This document shows, one piece after another, positions 37,544 to 51,079 of a stretch of 64,000 nt of DNA. Numbering within the stretch: the stretch's first letter is position 1; the number at the start of each line of letters is the position of its first letter. Source of the DNA: Octopus vulgaris (taxonomy: Eukaryota); assembly GCA_951406725.2 (NCBI GenBank), contig OX597820.1, forward strand, positions 90,830,001 through 90,894,000, given 5' to 3'. The translations under genes were made by a program, and so were the position numbers. Below the pieces are notes generated by a model. It worked only from the letters and a program-made list of their open reading frames with translations, did not search any database and was not told where the DNA came from.

Positions 37544-40500
37544 CATACTACATACATATATATACACAAACACAAATATATAAACACATATATGTGTATA
37601 AATATATATATATATGTATATATAAATATATATATGCACATATATATATTTATATATACATAATGAACAAGCATTAAGGACTCAATATATGACACGTATA
37701 ATTCCATCTGTTCAAATGATGATTCGTGGCTTTACTTCAAATAATACGAATGTTAGTTAATCTTATGGCCGTACTCGTCTATAATGAAAAATATATCGTT
37801 ATTCATATTTGTAACGATCTTACTCATTCATTTGTTAACACAGAGACCATTCGTAGTGCAGTTTTTACAACTGGGAAACAAGCTATTTCCTCTTAATGAG
37901 AAAGAACTGTTTTTGAAATGCGTGTAAGGTTGGGAATTTGGTTTAATTTCTTATTTGATTGATATCTTGTTATATCTACGGCACACAGTGCTCATATGAG
38001 TAACATTTTCTTAAGAGGTATTAGCTATAGGAGACTGGTTTGTAAAAGTCACGACCTTCAACGTAAATTACCCGTTGGTATTCCCTAGCGAATGTTTCTG
38101 TCCCAATTGTCAGCTGTCGGTTCACCTAGATTGCATTTCGAAATCTAGTGTAGCGAAATCCTATTGAATTTTGTATTTCCTTACATAGAGACATAGCATG
38201 GAGGTTTATTCTTTTCTTTTTATGATGTGGCTTGAGTCTAAATTTTCCTGCAATATCTATTTGACAGTGAATAACGTGTCTGATGTATGCCTGTTTCTTT
38301 GTAACAATACCCTGTTCAATCCGGGATGGTGCCGGTTACTTCCTAGTTTTACTTTTATTAATCTAATACAAATTCACAAATTGGTGACAACACATTAATT
38401 TCGTACCTAAGTGCGTAAATGTGATGCATGTTTTTGATCTAATATTCTCGGTTAACACGATGTACGTCTTTATAGTGGATTTTCCAATATATTTATCTGT
38501 CTTCTCTTTCGTCTTAAAAGTACTTGCTATCCAAATTATATGTAGTTCTGCCTCATGATTCGCATTCTGGTTATAGTATCAGTGAATGTGTAAAGATTAT
38601 ATTAATGTGATACCATAAATTACGCATACAGTTACCTCTGGCCTTTTAGAGCTTCTACTTAAGAGTTTGCGCTATATTTGTTAAGCAGAAAATAGCTAAC
38701 TAGTCAGAGTAGGGAAGGTTCAAGTAGCTTTAGTAAAAACGTTAATATGTTGATGCGTAAATATATTTGTGACGAACTACATTTCCTTTAAACTTAGTTT
38801 CATAATCCGTCTATTCTATACCTGTATTATTTTTCAATGTGTATTTTTTTTTTCATATTTCCGTATGGATGATTTAGAGTTTGTTTTCAACTGTTACATA
38901 TCGATATTTGTACATCTCTATGGTCTTACATTTTGGATGAAGTTATTTGTTGTTTAACTACCATCTATTTCAGGTTGATCGTAAAACTTCCTCTGTTAGC
39001 TTCAGATTTCTTTCAGGATTCAAAGGTAAAATTTCGTTTGTTTCTAGAATTTGTTTCTTTTTACCGGAATTCAGTCCTGATTGAACAAAAGGGAACTCTA
39101 AACTAAATGCCAACATCAAAAACACTACAAAGAGAACTTCAAGCTATAGAATGGCTCTGTTTCTAGATGTAAACATTTAGATTGTAAATAGTAGATGCAG
39201 TAAGTCTTCACCACAGATAAAGTATATGTATATACAGTCATAGGCATTGTGAATTTATACATACATAGAAAACATCAGCTGTGAAAGTTCGACCAAGATA
39301 TACTGTCAAATGTTCCTCCACAAATGGAGCACCAGATAAAGAACTCTACATGATGAAGTAAAAAACAAATACCAGCCAACAAAAGTTATACTAAATAATA
39401 GTCAAAGCTCCTGAAACAAACAGTCACAAATGTAATGGAATAAATACATTAGAGACTATGCATATTAAAAATATAAACATCAAATTAAGAAAATATAATT
39501 ACATTACAACAGCCATTTTTGTACTAACTATAAATTAGAGAAAAGTAATAATACCCTCATAGCATACAACTGAAGATGCTTTGTACCAATTACTAAACTA
39601 ACATTAATAATTTATTGCAAAGAAAATAAAATAAAACATCATAACAACGTAAACATACAAGCTTATGAACCATATATTAATGATCAGCGTCATTAACAGA
39701 GCTGATTGCAAACATAGAAGTTACATAAATTTGCATCATATAGAACACCCTCTACCTTACGCCCTCTGCACTTACAATAAATTGCATGTCTACATCTGAT
39801 AACACGTAATTAGGAAAACACGAATAAGCAATACATAACATACAGAGAATTCCGTACACAAACAATAAACGATTAATGATTGAAGTAGTATCCATAAAAC
39901 AGTAAAATGGTTAAAGAAAGAGAAATAAATTACACTAACCAGAAACAAAAATAAACATTCCATGAATGATGACATATAAATCTAGCAGCTAGATATCAGA
40001 ATTCCTGCCGCAATGTTAATACCAAACATACTGGGCCTGACTGCTGTAAAGCAATTGCGAAACACAACATCAGAATGAATATGAAATCGTGAAGGCCTGG
40101 AAATTTACTAATAGGTTTAGGAATTTTATTATTCCAAACAAGCTGCAACTCGTAAGAAAATATGAAGGGAACAAACAAAACGTGACGAAAAGACAGAAGA
40201 CAGTTGTTTTTTTGTTGTTGTTTTTTGTTGGTTTTTTTTTTGGTTTTTCAATACATTTTTTTATACAGGTGTGTTTATGTATTGTTGCTCTTTAAAACAG
40301 TTATTTCGTTCAAATTATGACTGTAGTTCATTTATGATTAATGAATTGACTATTTGTTTAATTAGTCAAAGAGTTACTTCAGCAAATTCTTTCGTCACAC
40401 TACGTCGACCTCGTTACTGAATCACCTTGCCCGCATTTTATCTTAATGCAGGCGAAGGAAGCAGTGAAAGATCACAGAAGCGTTATGAAATACTTTAACA

Positions 40501-41458
40501 GAGCAGAGAGTTAATTGGTTGTTTTATTAATTAGTTGGTTAACTGAAAGCAAAGAAAAGGTGAACTACAAACTGGGCGGGTGTTTCTGTTAACATACTTG
40601 CCCAAAAGAAAGAAACAAACAAAAAAATTTTTAACACATGATTTCACATAATTTCGTAAAGCAAACACAACACTATCTTTCTTTCTCCACACAAATGATC
40701 AGAGACACACACTCACAAACACAAACAAATACACACACTAGACACACACTAAAATTCCATTAATCCGGTGTTCGATATTTCAAAAATCTGATTGTCCGAC
40801 ACATTTTACACTTCACCAACTTCTTCCTAAGTGCCCTCATTGTCCATTAGATTGCATCAACAGAAGTACGTGACAGATACTATATTTCATTCACTCCAGC
40901 CCGACAAAAAGTAAAACTGACCTTGGTAGTTTTTTGCAAAATAATGGGTCGGAACTAAATCCTTTACTGCTACAGACGCAGAGAGAGAAACTTAGAGAAA
41001 GAAGGATAAACGATCACCTCTCTCAACTGCTATTTATTCTATCAACCCACACAAAGTCTATTTCAACTGAACTAGAATAAGAACCGAATATTAGAACATG
41101 TTCCATCCGATGCTTTCAAAACGTTACCAAGCATTTCAAAAATGTAAAATGCATAATAAATTATTTGAGAAAGCTACTAATAATTACTTTAAGACACACA
41201 AGTAAAGGATTTCACAACATAACAACAAATGTGATGACTTATTTACTGGTATATTTATTAAGAAAGATGATTTCATATATATAACGATTACCAAATATAT
41301 ATAGTTATTTAAATACTAACTCAAACACAAGGGACTCATTCATGTTCTCTCATTTCAACTCAATGAACTTTTTTCTACGTCTCTGTGTCTTTTCTTGTCA
41401 CTTCCCACAAGCACACACACGCAGGTACATGTGTGTGTGTGAGTATGTGTCTATATAA

Positions 41459-41862
41459 GGCGTAGGAGAGGCTGTGTGGTAAGCAGTTTGCTTGCCAGCT
41501 ACATGGTTCCGGGTTCAGTTGCACTGCGTAACACTTAGGCATGCTTCTTCAACTATAGCCTCGGGCCGACCAAAGCCTTATGAAGGGCTTTGGTAGACGA
41601 AAACTGAAAGAAGCCCGTCGTATATATATATATGTATATATATATGTGTGTGTGTGTGTCTGTGTTTGTCCGTGTTTGCCCCCCAACATCGCTTGACAAC
41701 CGATGGGGGCGTGTTTACGTACCCGTAACTTTGCGGTTCGGCAAGAGAGACCGATGAAATAAGTACTAGGGTTACAAAGAATAAGTTCTGGGGTCGAGTT
41801 GCTCGACTAAAGGCTGTGCTCCAGCATGGCTGCAGTCAAATGACTGAAACAATTAAAAGAGT
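41459..41862 (+). mobile_element. SINE family B, full length
   Basis: Collinear with 43079-43533. Confidence 0.92.
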
Positions 41863-41881
41863 ATATCTACATATATTGTAG

Positions 41882-41916
<35 letters not shown>

Positions 41917-41921
<5 letters not shown>

Positions 41922-42422
41922 TGAAATAGAAAGATGAATAATCTTGTTGCAGATTAATCAAAAGTTTAACCGATACCTTGGTAGCAAAAATCACAGCAGA
42001 AGACAGCACGGTTGGAGGTACAACCATATGGTGTTGCAACCATGCGTTGGTGCGGATAATTGAATTTTAATATTATTAGTGAATTGAAGAAATGGAGTTG
42101 AACGAAGATTGAACAGAAATCGTTTTATTGCATTCTACACGTGTTTCGAAAGCCACAATTTACCAAATTCCGATTGAATAAGGAGACCATATTGTGTCTT
42201 TCTCTTCAGGAAGAAATAGGAAATCCGTTGGCAAAAACAAAAACAGAACAGAGGCGGAGCAAAACAAATCGAACGAGGCTCCTAAAGAGAAAGACACAAT
42301 ATGGTCTCCTTATTCAATCGGAATTTGGTAAATTGTGGCTTTCGAAACACGTGTAGAATGCAATAAAACGATTTCTGTTCAATCTTCGTTCAACTCCATT
42401 TCTTCAATTCACTAATAATATT
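41917..42422 (-). mobile_element. PLE-like fold-back element, family P1 copy 3
   Basis: Tail 41917-42068 (reverse complement of the P1 tail); arms 42069-42206 / 42285-42422 appear identical; TA flanks. Confidence 0.88.
42133..42212 (-). ncRNA. Minimal type-I hammerhead ribozyme, intact core
   Basis: TTC-CTGAAGA-GAAAGACACAAT...ATTGTGGCTTTC-GAA-ACACGTGT-A-GAA. Stem II 11/12 paired, palindromic stem III, GUA cleavage triplet, AATAAA just downstream. Confidence 0.78.
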
Positions 42423-42438
42423 ATATATATATATATAT

Positions 42439-42660
42439 ACCAATTAAGGACTGAACACGAAAAGTGGACAGTCAACATGCTAGATATAGACGTGAGGAGA
42501 ATGGCGATTTGAGGTCTATATCTAGCATGTTGACTGTCCACTTTTCGTGTTCGTTCCTTAATTGGTATATATAAATATTTTAATCTTCGGTTTCTTTTTA
42601 ATATGCTAGACCACTGGTTTTAATTGACTAAAATCAATTTCTACCCTTAATTAATTTTAT
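42439..42660 (+). mobile_element. Fold-back element, family P3: 53-bp arms plus tail
   Basis: 42439-42491 / 42514-42566. Tail contains ATGCTAGACCACTGGTT...TACCCTTA, also present at about 3600-3660. Confidence 0.75.
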
Positions 42661-43012
42661 ATATATATATATTTATATATACTATCTTTTACCACCAGAA
42701 TAACATCTTTTCCAGGTGGATATCCACATGTTTTCCTTGGGTTAATAGGTAGTAACGTGACCCTATGCAGAGCTGCCACCTTAAATTGGCAAATAGGTTT
42801 TAGTATGCAACTATAGTTATTACTTAGTTCTCATTCAGCTCGTTTTAAATCTCTGAATGAGAACTAAGTAGTAAATATACTGCACAGTAAAATCTATTTT
42901 GCCAACGTATGGTGGCAGTCCTGCATATGCTATGTGATAAAAAGCTGTGTGGTTTCGGGTTCAGTTCCAAACATTTCTGAATGGGTTTGGTAGACGGAAT
43001 CTGAAAGAAACC

Positions 43013-43078
<66 letters not shown>

Positions 43079-43079
<1 letters not shown>

Positions 43080-43248
43080 CGCAGGAGTGGCTGTGTGGTA
43101 AGTAGCTTGCTAACCAACCACATGGTTCCGGGTTCAGTCCCACTGCGTGGCATCTTGGGCAAGTGTCTTCTGCTATAGCCCCGGACCGACCAATGCCTTG
43201 TGAGTGGATTTGGTAGACGGAAACTCAAAGAAGTCTGTCGTGTATATG

Positions 43249-43307
<59 letters not shown>

Positions 43308-43533
43308 ATGTGTGTTTGTGTGTGTGTGTGTTTGTCCCCCTAGCATTGCTTGACAACCGATGCTGGTGTGTTTACGTCCCCGTCACTTAACAGTTCGGCA
43401 AAAGAGACCGATAGGATAAGTACTGGGCTTACAAAGAATAAGTCCCGGGGTCGATTTGCTCGACTAAAGGCGGTGCTCCAGCATGGCCGCAGTCAAATGA
43501 CTGAAAAAAGTAAAAGAGTAAAAGAGTAAAGAG
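43079..43533 (+). mobile_element. SINE family B, full-length reference copy
   Basis: tRNA-like head (TGGCTGTGTGG / GGTTCAGTCCC), CORE-like TTGGGCAAGTGTCTT, internal (TA)n(TG)n, tail (GTAAAAGA)n. Confidence 0.93.
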
Positions 43534-43887
43534 TATATATATATAGAGAGAGATGTATGTATGAATATAGATACATATAACGGTGCCTTGCTGCATTCTC
43601 ATAGTAGGAGCCGCTTGTTAGGATTTGATGCGCATAAAGTCGCTGTTATTTACAAATTCCTGTGCTGAAATATATGAATAGTAAAAGAAGCACCAAAGAA
43701 GTTCAAATTAACGACAAAGCAGCAGTTACGTCACTACTTTCAGCCCGTTCGGCTCAGAGAATGTCACAACACACGGACACTCATACATTCTCTCACAAGT
43801 GTGTTTGTTTCTGCCTGTCTATTTGTATGAGTATGTATATATGATGAAAGCTCACTGTATACAAATTCAGCAAAGAAGAATAGGTAT

Positions 43888-43890
43888 GTT

Positions 43891-43961
<71 letters not shown>

Positions 43962-43980
43962 GTCTGTCTGTCTGTCTGCC

Positions 43981-44015
<35 letters not shown>

Positions 44016-44043
44016 TTGTCTGTCTGTATATATGTATGTATAT

Positions 44044-44086
<43 letters not shown>

Positions 44087-44262
44087 TGTATACATACATA
44101 TATATATATATATTTACATACACACACACATACATATAGGCTTACGTATATATATTTATGTAAGTATGTATGTGTATATATATATATGTATGTATATGTT
44201 TATATATATGTAAACATGTATACATACACATATTTACATACACACACACACATATATATAGG

Positions 44263-44306
<44 letters not shown>

Positions 44307-44315
44307 AACACACAT
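43888..44315. repeat. (TATC)n(TGTC)n plus TA/CA compound array
   Basis: Direct inspection. Confidence 0.95.
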
Positions 44316-44475
44316 AGTCATCTTTGCTGAATTTGTATGCCGTGCAGTTTCATCAGAGATAGTAAGTTGTACTTACGACATTTGTATCAAGTGGAAGTCC
44401 TTACAGCCCATAAGCACAAAACAGTTATATTTGCTTTCACTTCATACTTATTTATCTTTTCCACAAAAATCCCCA

Positions 44476-44616
<141 letters not shown>

Positions 44617-45899
44617 GTGTGATTGATCGTATATCTAAGAAGACCTGCTCACTGACATTTAAACACCTTACTACCATTCAAACATCAACTTTCACATCAC
44701 TTAGTAATATTGAATCACTTTTCCTGGAGATTCAGGACAACTACACTGAAAACTACTTAGTGATATGAATCATTGATCCCCACTTCTGTTCGTCATTTCT
44801 AACATTGTAATTAATATTTATATCTGAGACGACAATGATTTTTTTTAGTGTGTGTGTGTGTGGTTATGTAATGGAAAAGGAAATAGTGATATAAAAAATG
44901 AGGCTTGATCAAGATGGTGGAAACATCTAAAAAAATAGAACAGAGACGATATTAACTAGAACGGCACGCTAGCGATGCTTAGTATTTGTGGACGTGGATC
45001 AGATTGGATAGAAAAACAAAACAAAAAGATGATTCATATTACGACTACTGCTGCAGCGTAAGATGAAATCAAGTTTCTAAGAAGGCTGTTTATAAAATGG
45101 CACTAAGGAATGTGATGGGAAAACAATAACCAGGGAAAGGTTTTGTTGCAAAGGTTTTGTTGCAAAAGAGGTCAAATAAGCTGATAAAGAAATATTGAAA
45201 GATAGCTAGCTAGATAGAGATCAGAAAGAAAAAGGGAAGGATAAAAAGGAATGGAATAAAAATAAGCCAGAGTATCATAGCCAAAATGAGAGAATAAGAA
45301 GAAAAATAACACAAGAATAAAATTAGCCGATATGGAGGTTAAAAGACACTTAGAGAGAATATTAAAATAGTGAGAGAATGTAGAGTCAAGAGATTCATAC
45401 GCATACAGCACCAAATATACGTAACAGAAATATGCATACACACACCTTTAAATAAACACGCACATACACACACACACGCGCACTCACATATAGTATAAAT
45501 AACGCAAATAGGCTGAGGTTTACAACAGCTGTTTCAGACCTGTTTTTACTGACATATATATATTATTTATTTTGTATATATAATATATGCATGTAGATAT
45601 ATTTGCATATACGTAAGTATATGTATGTATGCATGCATGTATGTATGCAAATATTTAACTTCAAACCTCTGTATGTTCTCTTAATGTTGAGTTGTCTCTC
45701 GATAACTCTCTTCTCTAATGTAGTAATGCAACGAAGTGCGCACGAACAAGCACATATATATGAGTGTGCATGTGTGTGATTATGTGTATATGTATATATA
45801 TATATATATATGCACGCACATTTATCCATTTGTATTTATATAGGTGTATATGTGTTTATATATGTGTATATGTATTTGGCATGAAAATTTATGCTAATT

Positions 45900-46170
45900 C
45901 CCGAAGTGATCGTCAGTTCACTGTTTCAAATATCTCAACTATCCCGTCTAGAGCGAGGAACATGTATTTCAGTGGCTTGGGATTCAAGATCCCACAGCTA
46001 ATTTATGCCTTGCCAATATATTTGGGGAAACGTCGCGGAATACAGGTTGAGGTTTACAGGAAATAATTTGATCTCTTACTGCCCAAGGTCCCGGATAAAC
46101 CTGTATTAGGGCAAGAAACTCAAAACAGGGCAATCAAAAGCCAATCCCACAAAATGGCTACTGGAAATGT
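45900..46170 (+). mobile_element. CR1-group LINE ORF2 C-terminal fragment
   Basis: TIPSRARNMYFSGLGFKIPQLIYALP...VEVYRK*FDLLLPKVPDKP...QNRA resembles SLGFRGPQLFNxLP...FKxxLDxxLxxVPDEP...RAA.SNS. Confidence 0.7.
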
Positions 46171-46216
46171 GATTACACTGACCTGATCCTGTATGACGAC
46201 AGTCTTTGTATGTATG

Positions 46217-46267
<51 letters not shown>

Positions 46268-46434
46268 TCAAACTTACATATATTTACCTATATATATATA
46301 TAATAATGTACACACACACATATATATATACCTATACAGACATATTTTATAATATATATGTATATATATGTATACTATGTATATATATATAGTATAAATG
46401 TATATATATATACAGTCAAACTTACATATATTTA

Positions 46435-46476
<42 letters not shown>

Positions 46477-46554
46477 TATATATATACCTATACAGGCATA
46501 TTTTATACTATATATGTATATACATATATACTCTATGTATATATATATATATTG

Positions 46555-46594
<40 letters not shown>

Positions 46595-47340
46595 CACACA
46601 TATATGTATATGTATATATATACATATATATATGCTAGTATGACAATAAGCCACGACATTTTGCAGTTTTAATAACTTGTATAGTAAATGCAATAGAAAA
46701 ACGAGAATATGAAAATTCGAAGTATGGAATAAAACGTAAATTAATAAAATACATCCACGTACAAAACCGAAAGAAGCAAAAAGAAGAAACAAAGCAATAC
46801 AACCATTAATATATCTTTCTGAAGATATATGCTTCAGTTTCCTTTGAAAATAAAATTGAACATTGAATGCGTAATTATCAACACGTGAAAGTATTAGCTG
46901 TTTATTAATATTTTTTCTTCCTTTTATTTCGAATTATATGACGTTATCATGTTTGCCGAAATGGAAAATAACTCAATAATTGCACATATTTGGCGGCAGT
47001 GTGATAAATAACGTTATTATGAAACGTATAAACACTATAACAGTATAAAACTGTGTTTTTGTTGTTGTTTTTTTTTGTTTTATTTTTCGCTTTGCTTCGT
47101 CTCGAATCATTGCAAATGATGTATAGTATCTCTTTTCAGACTATATTTTACGACTACCAGAATTAGTACACATGAAACGAGTATAAATACACACAGGCGT
47201 GCATGAAGCTTTGCATATACATATGCACACATGTATACAATACATCCAACAACCAATGCATTTATATATATATACAGATATGATCATACATATATAAAAT
47301 ATATAACTTGTATATATATATATATATATATATATATGTT

Positions 47341-47648
47341 ATATAAAAGGGCTTAGTAAAATAAATTACTTTGCCGCATACTGAACTCATTAGAAATAGC
47401 AGCTAAAAAACTTTTTTAAAGCTATTTCTTAATACTTAAAGAAAATCTCTCTCATATATATGAGAGAGATTTTCTTTAAGTAAATAGCTTTAAAAAGTTT
47501 TTAGCTATTTCTAATGAGTTCAGTATGCGGCAAAAATTTATTTTACTAACCTAATAATTTGAATTCGCCTTGAATGGTCCCTTTGCATACTGAACAATTG
47601 GTGAAATTGATTAATAATTAATTAATTTTACCCTCAATTGTTGAAAAT
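47341..47648 (+). mobile_element. Fold-back element related to family P2, loop-less palindrome plus tail
   Basis: Arms about 47353-47457 / 47458-47549 centred on CATATATATG (indels present). GCCGCATAC.GAA motif shared with 32742. Tail ends AATTTTACCCT; TA flanks. Confidence 0.78.
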
Positions 47649-47741
47649 ATATATATATATGTATATATATAAAAATATACACATATATATTTATATATAT
47701 GTATGTATATATATATATATAAATATATACATATATATATG

Positions 47742-47802
<61 letters not shown>

Positions 47803-50427
47803 ATATATATGTGCGTGTGTGTATGTGCATTACTTGTAAGTACATGCATATCTGTTTATATGTCTCTGTATATCAACTTCTTTATCTACCTATTTATCAA
47901 TCTATCTACGCACACACATGCACGCTCACACACACACATGTAAAAGTATTTATACATAAGAATAAGGCACAATATGGAGTTAATGATGGTGTGATTTGAG
48001 ACCAACTTATGTGCTACTTTTATCACAAAAACAAAATTGAAAGTGACATCATGGACAGGTATTCACGTTGAGAGCATGTTACTGGCATGTGCTTGCAATG
48101 AAAATGAGGTCACGCTTGAAGACTTATTAACGACCATCATATATTGCTTATGTGGCATGCACTTATAGATCTCGTGAATGTGTGTATAGTAATGTTTTGT
48201 TATTTGACTTATATTGGTATATATTAAGTTCGGTTGGAATAGTACTTGATAAAGAAACGGAATTGATGATAATCAAATATAAACCTTCGTATAACATAGG
48301 CGTGACAGACACGGCGGGTATGTCATTATATAACAGCACACAGCGTTTGTTCTCAATGCGACGGTATATACTCTGAGGCATATGTGTAACTTTTTATATC
48401 CATGTTATATATATATGTGTGTGTGTGTTTATGTATGTGTATAGATGTATACATACATGCATACATACGTACAGGCAGACATTTATATACGTATACATGT
48501 GTTTATCTATGCATAGTAAAGAGTGTTATGCTTGACATCCGTTTTTGTTGTCAAATCGTAATTTTACGCTATCGACTGTTCAGCCGTAATCAAAGGCACG
48601 TTAGAGTTACTGTTACAATTCAAGCAGTTTCAAGTCTAACTAAAATATTTACACTCCATTATATACACTATTTTGCTTGTTTGTAATTACAAACGCGTGC
48701 GAATACCCATATATCCGTGTGCGTAGGAATGTGTATATGTGAGAATGTATACGTTTGCATAAATTCATATATAGTTTTATATATGTATATACATATATCC
48801 ATATGTAAATATAGGTGTCTGCGCGCGCATGCTTGTGAGTATATACCTGTATTTATGTAGGTGTTAATTGCTTGATAAATCAAGAGGTTCTGGTTATTAA
48901 TCGGGCAAAATCTTTATGTGATATGTAATATTATTTACCGGTAATCCGCAGAAATCTTATAGTTTTCTAATGCTTGACTCTAATCATCCAGTGTCCAACT
49001 AATAAATGAGTAGAGATGATTAAATCTATTCTCGTATAAAATTTGTATATATTGTACCAGCTGCAGATCTATAAATGTTTTGTAAATCTCTTTATCTAAT
49101 TAATTTATGACAAAGATATCATCCGCATACAAATAACCATGGCCATGTTCGTCCTAATCTATTTGTTGTAGTGAGGATTAAAGAAAATTGCGTGGTTATG
49201 TAGTTTGCTGAAAGAGAAAACAATTATAAATTCAGCTAATGCTTCTTTTTTTTATTGTTTTTCCTCATCGCATGATTATACCTAATTATGTTTGTTGATG
49301 ATGATGTAAAATATATTGGCATTATGATGGTAGTTTCTACCTGTCATACGCCCTGTCAAAAGGGTATGGAAACTGATTTCTGAGGTTGTGGGCGGTGGGT
49401 TATTCAGGCCTAGGTTTCAAAGTAGGTGTCTGTCTGCGTAATCTTATCCCACTCATTGGAGTAGGAGTTCTGAAAATTCTGGGTGGCTTGAAAATATAAA
49501 TTTGGAAACAAGAAAGCTTAAGGTATTAGTTTGAAGTGGTCTTCTGCTAGGAATCAAATTCCTGATTAATTTTTTCCACTCCCTGATGCCTCTGGCTTTT
49601 TTTTTTTTTTATTAAAGAACATTTCGGTGTAACAGCAAATGTCGATCGTTTAATATGTGTAGTTGTCGCCCTTATCTATCCTAAGTAAGTTTCACAATTG
49701 GTGCAATGTGCACAGCTACGCAATGAAGGGAGAATTTAGACTAATGAAAATTTTGTTGCTCATCACATTAAATGCGTTAACACCAACTTAACTATAAAAG
49801 ACAATGTCGATTCCAGTAAGATGTTATCGTGAAATGTAATAGACTTGAAATAAACAGCCAGGGGAATTATTATGCAACCGCACTGTTCTGTCATAATACA
49901 GAATGAAGATTTCTTAAGTTAGAATATATTTAACGCTATTGTACAGGGACTTCACAGTAGATTCCTGTCAAATACTATTCAAGATTTACAGAAGAAAATA
50001 TCACATATAATATACTACGTCGTAACTGAATGTATATATGTGTGTGTTGGGGTCGTACATATACTTCTATGCATATTCATACGCACACACAGATGTACGT
50101 GCCTATGTAATGTGCAGTACATACATACATGCAATTATACATAGCTATGCATGTATTTATCTCTGTATATATGTATTTATCTATGTGTATGTATGTATGT
50201 ATGTATGTGTGTGTGTATGTATGTACGTGGAGAGTTTCGGCCGTGAGAGAGAGAGGGAGGGAGAAAGAAATAATAATTAGATTGCTATACTGCAATAAAA
50301 TTATAAACTTAAATATTCATTATTTTCTGTCACTGGTTTTTATGCATTTGGAGAGAGCTCGCTTTTAACTCTAAAAAGGTTCACAGCTCAATTTATTACG
50401 TTAGCCAGCATAATCTTAGACAATGAT

Positions 50428-50720
50428 AAATATATATATATATGCATATATGTATTTATATATATACATATATGTATATATATATATATATATGCATATA
50501 TGTATATATATATATGCATATGTGTATATATATATATATATATATGCATATATGTATATGTACGTATATATATATATGCATATATATATATGTATATATA
50601 TATATGTATACATATATATATATGTATATATATAGGTATATATATATATATATGTATATATATGTGTGTATATATATATATTTATATGTGTGTGTGTGTG
50701 TGTATATACACACATGTATA
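50428..50720. repeat. Interrupted (TA)n/(TG)n array
   Basis: Direct inspection. Confidence 0.95.
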
Positions 50721-51079
50721 TGTATACCTTTATATGCATATACGTGGACTTATGGTTATATCATGCGCGTGTGTGTGTGCCTACACTTTTGTATGAGTGT
50801 GCGTGGTTTAGTGGTTATGCCGCTCCCCTCATAATCGTAATATTGTGATTTTGGTTGATGGACTGGAAGATAAGGTGTGTTCGAGAGCAAAGTTATTTAT
50901 TTTAGGTTGGTCCATTCCACTCGACCGGCAAAAATGAGTAGTCCTGAAGCCGGTGAAGGCGGGGATAAAAGATAAAGATGAAAGATAAAGATAAAGATGA
51001 AGGCGGGGATAAAAACGTCAGAGAATAAGGAAAATGGCAAATGAGGCAACGGGTTAGAAAGAAATTTTGATCCTTTACA

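Noticed and set aside
48152-48381. Overlapping 72-74 aa ORFs
   Set aside because: No recognisable domain or convincing splice signals
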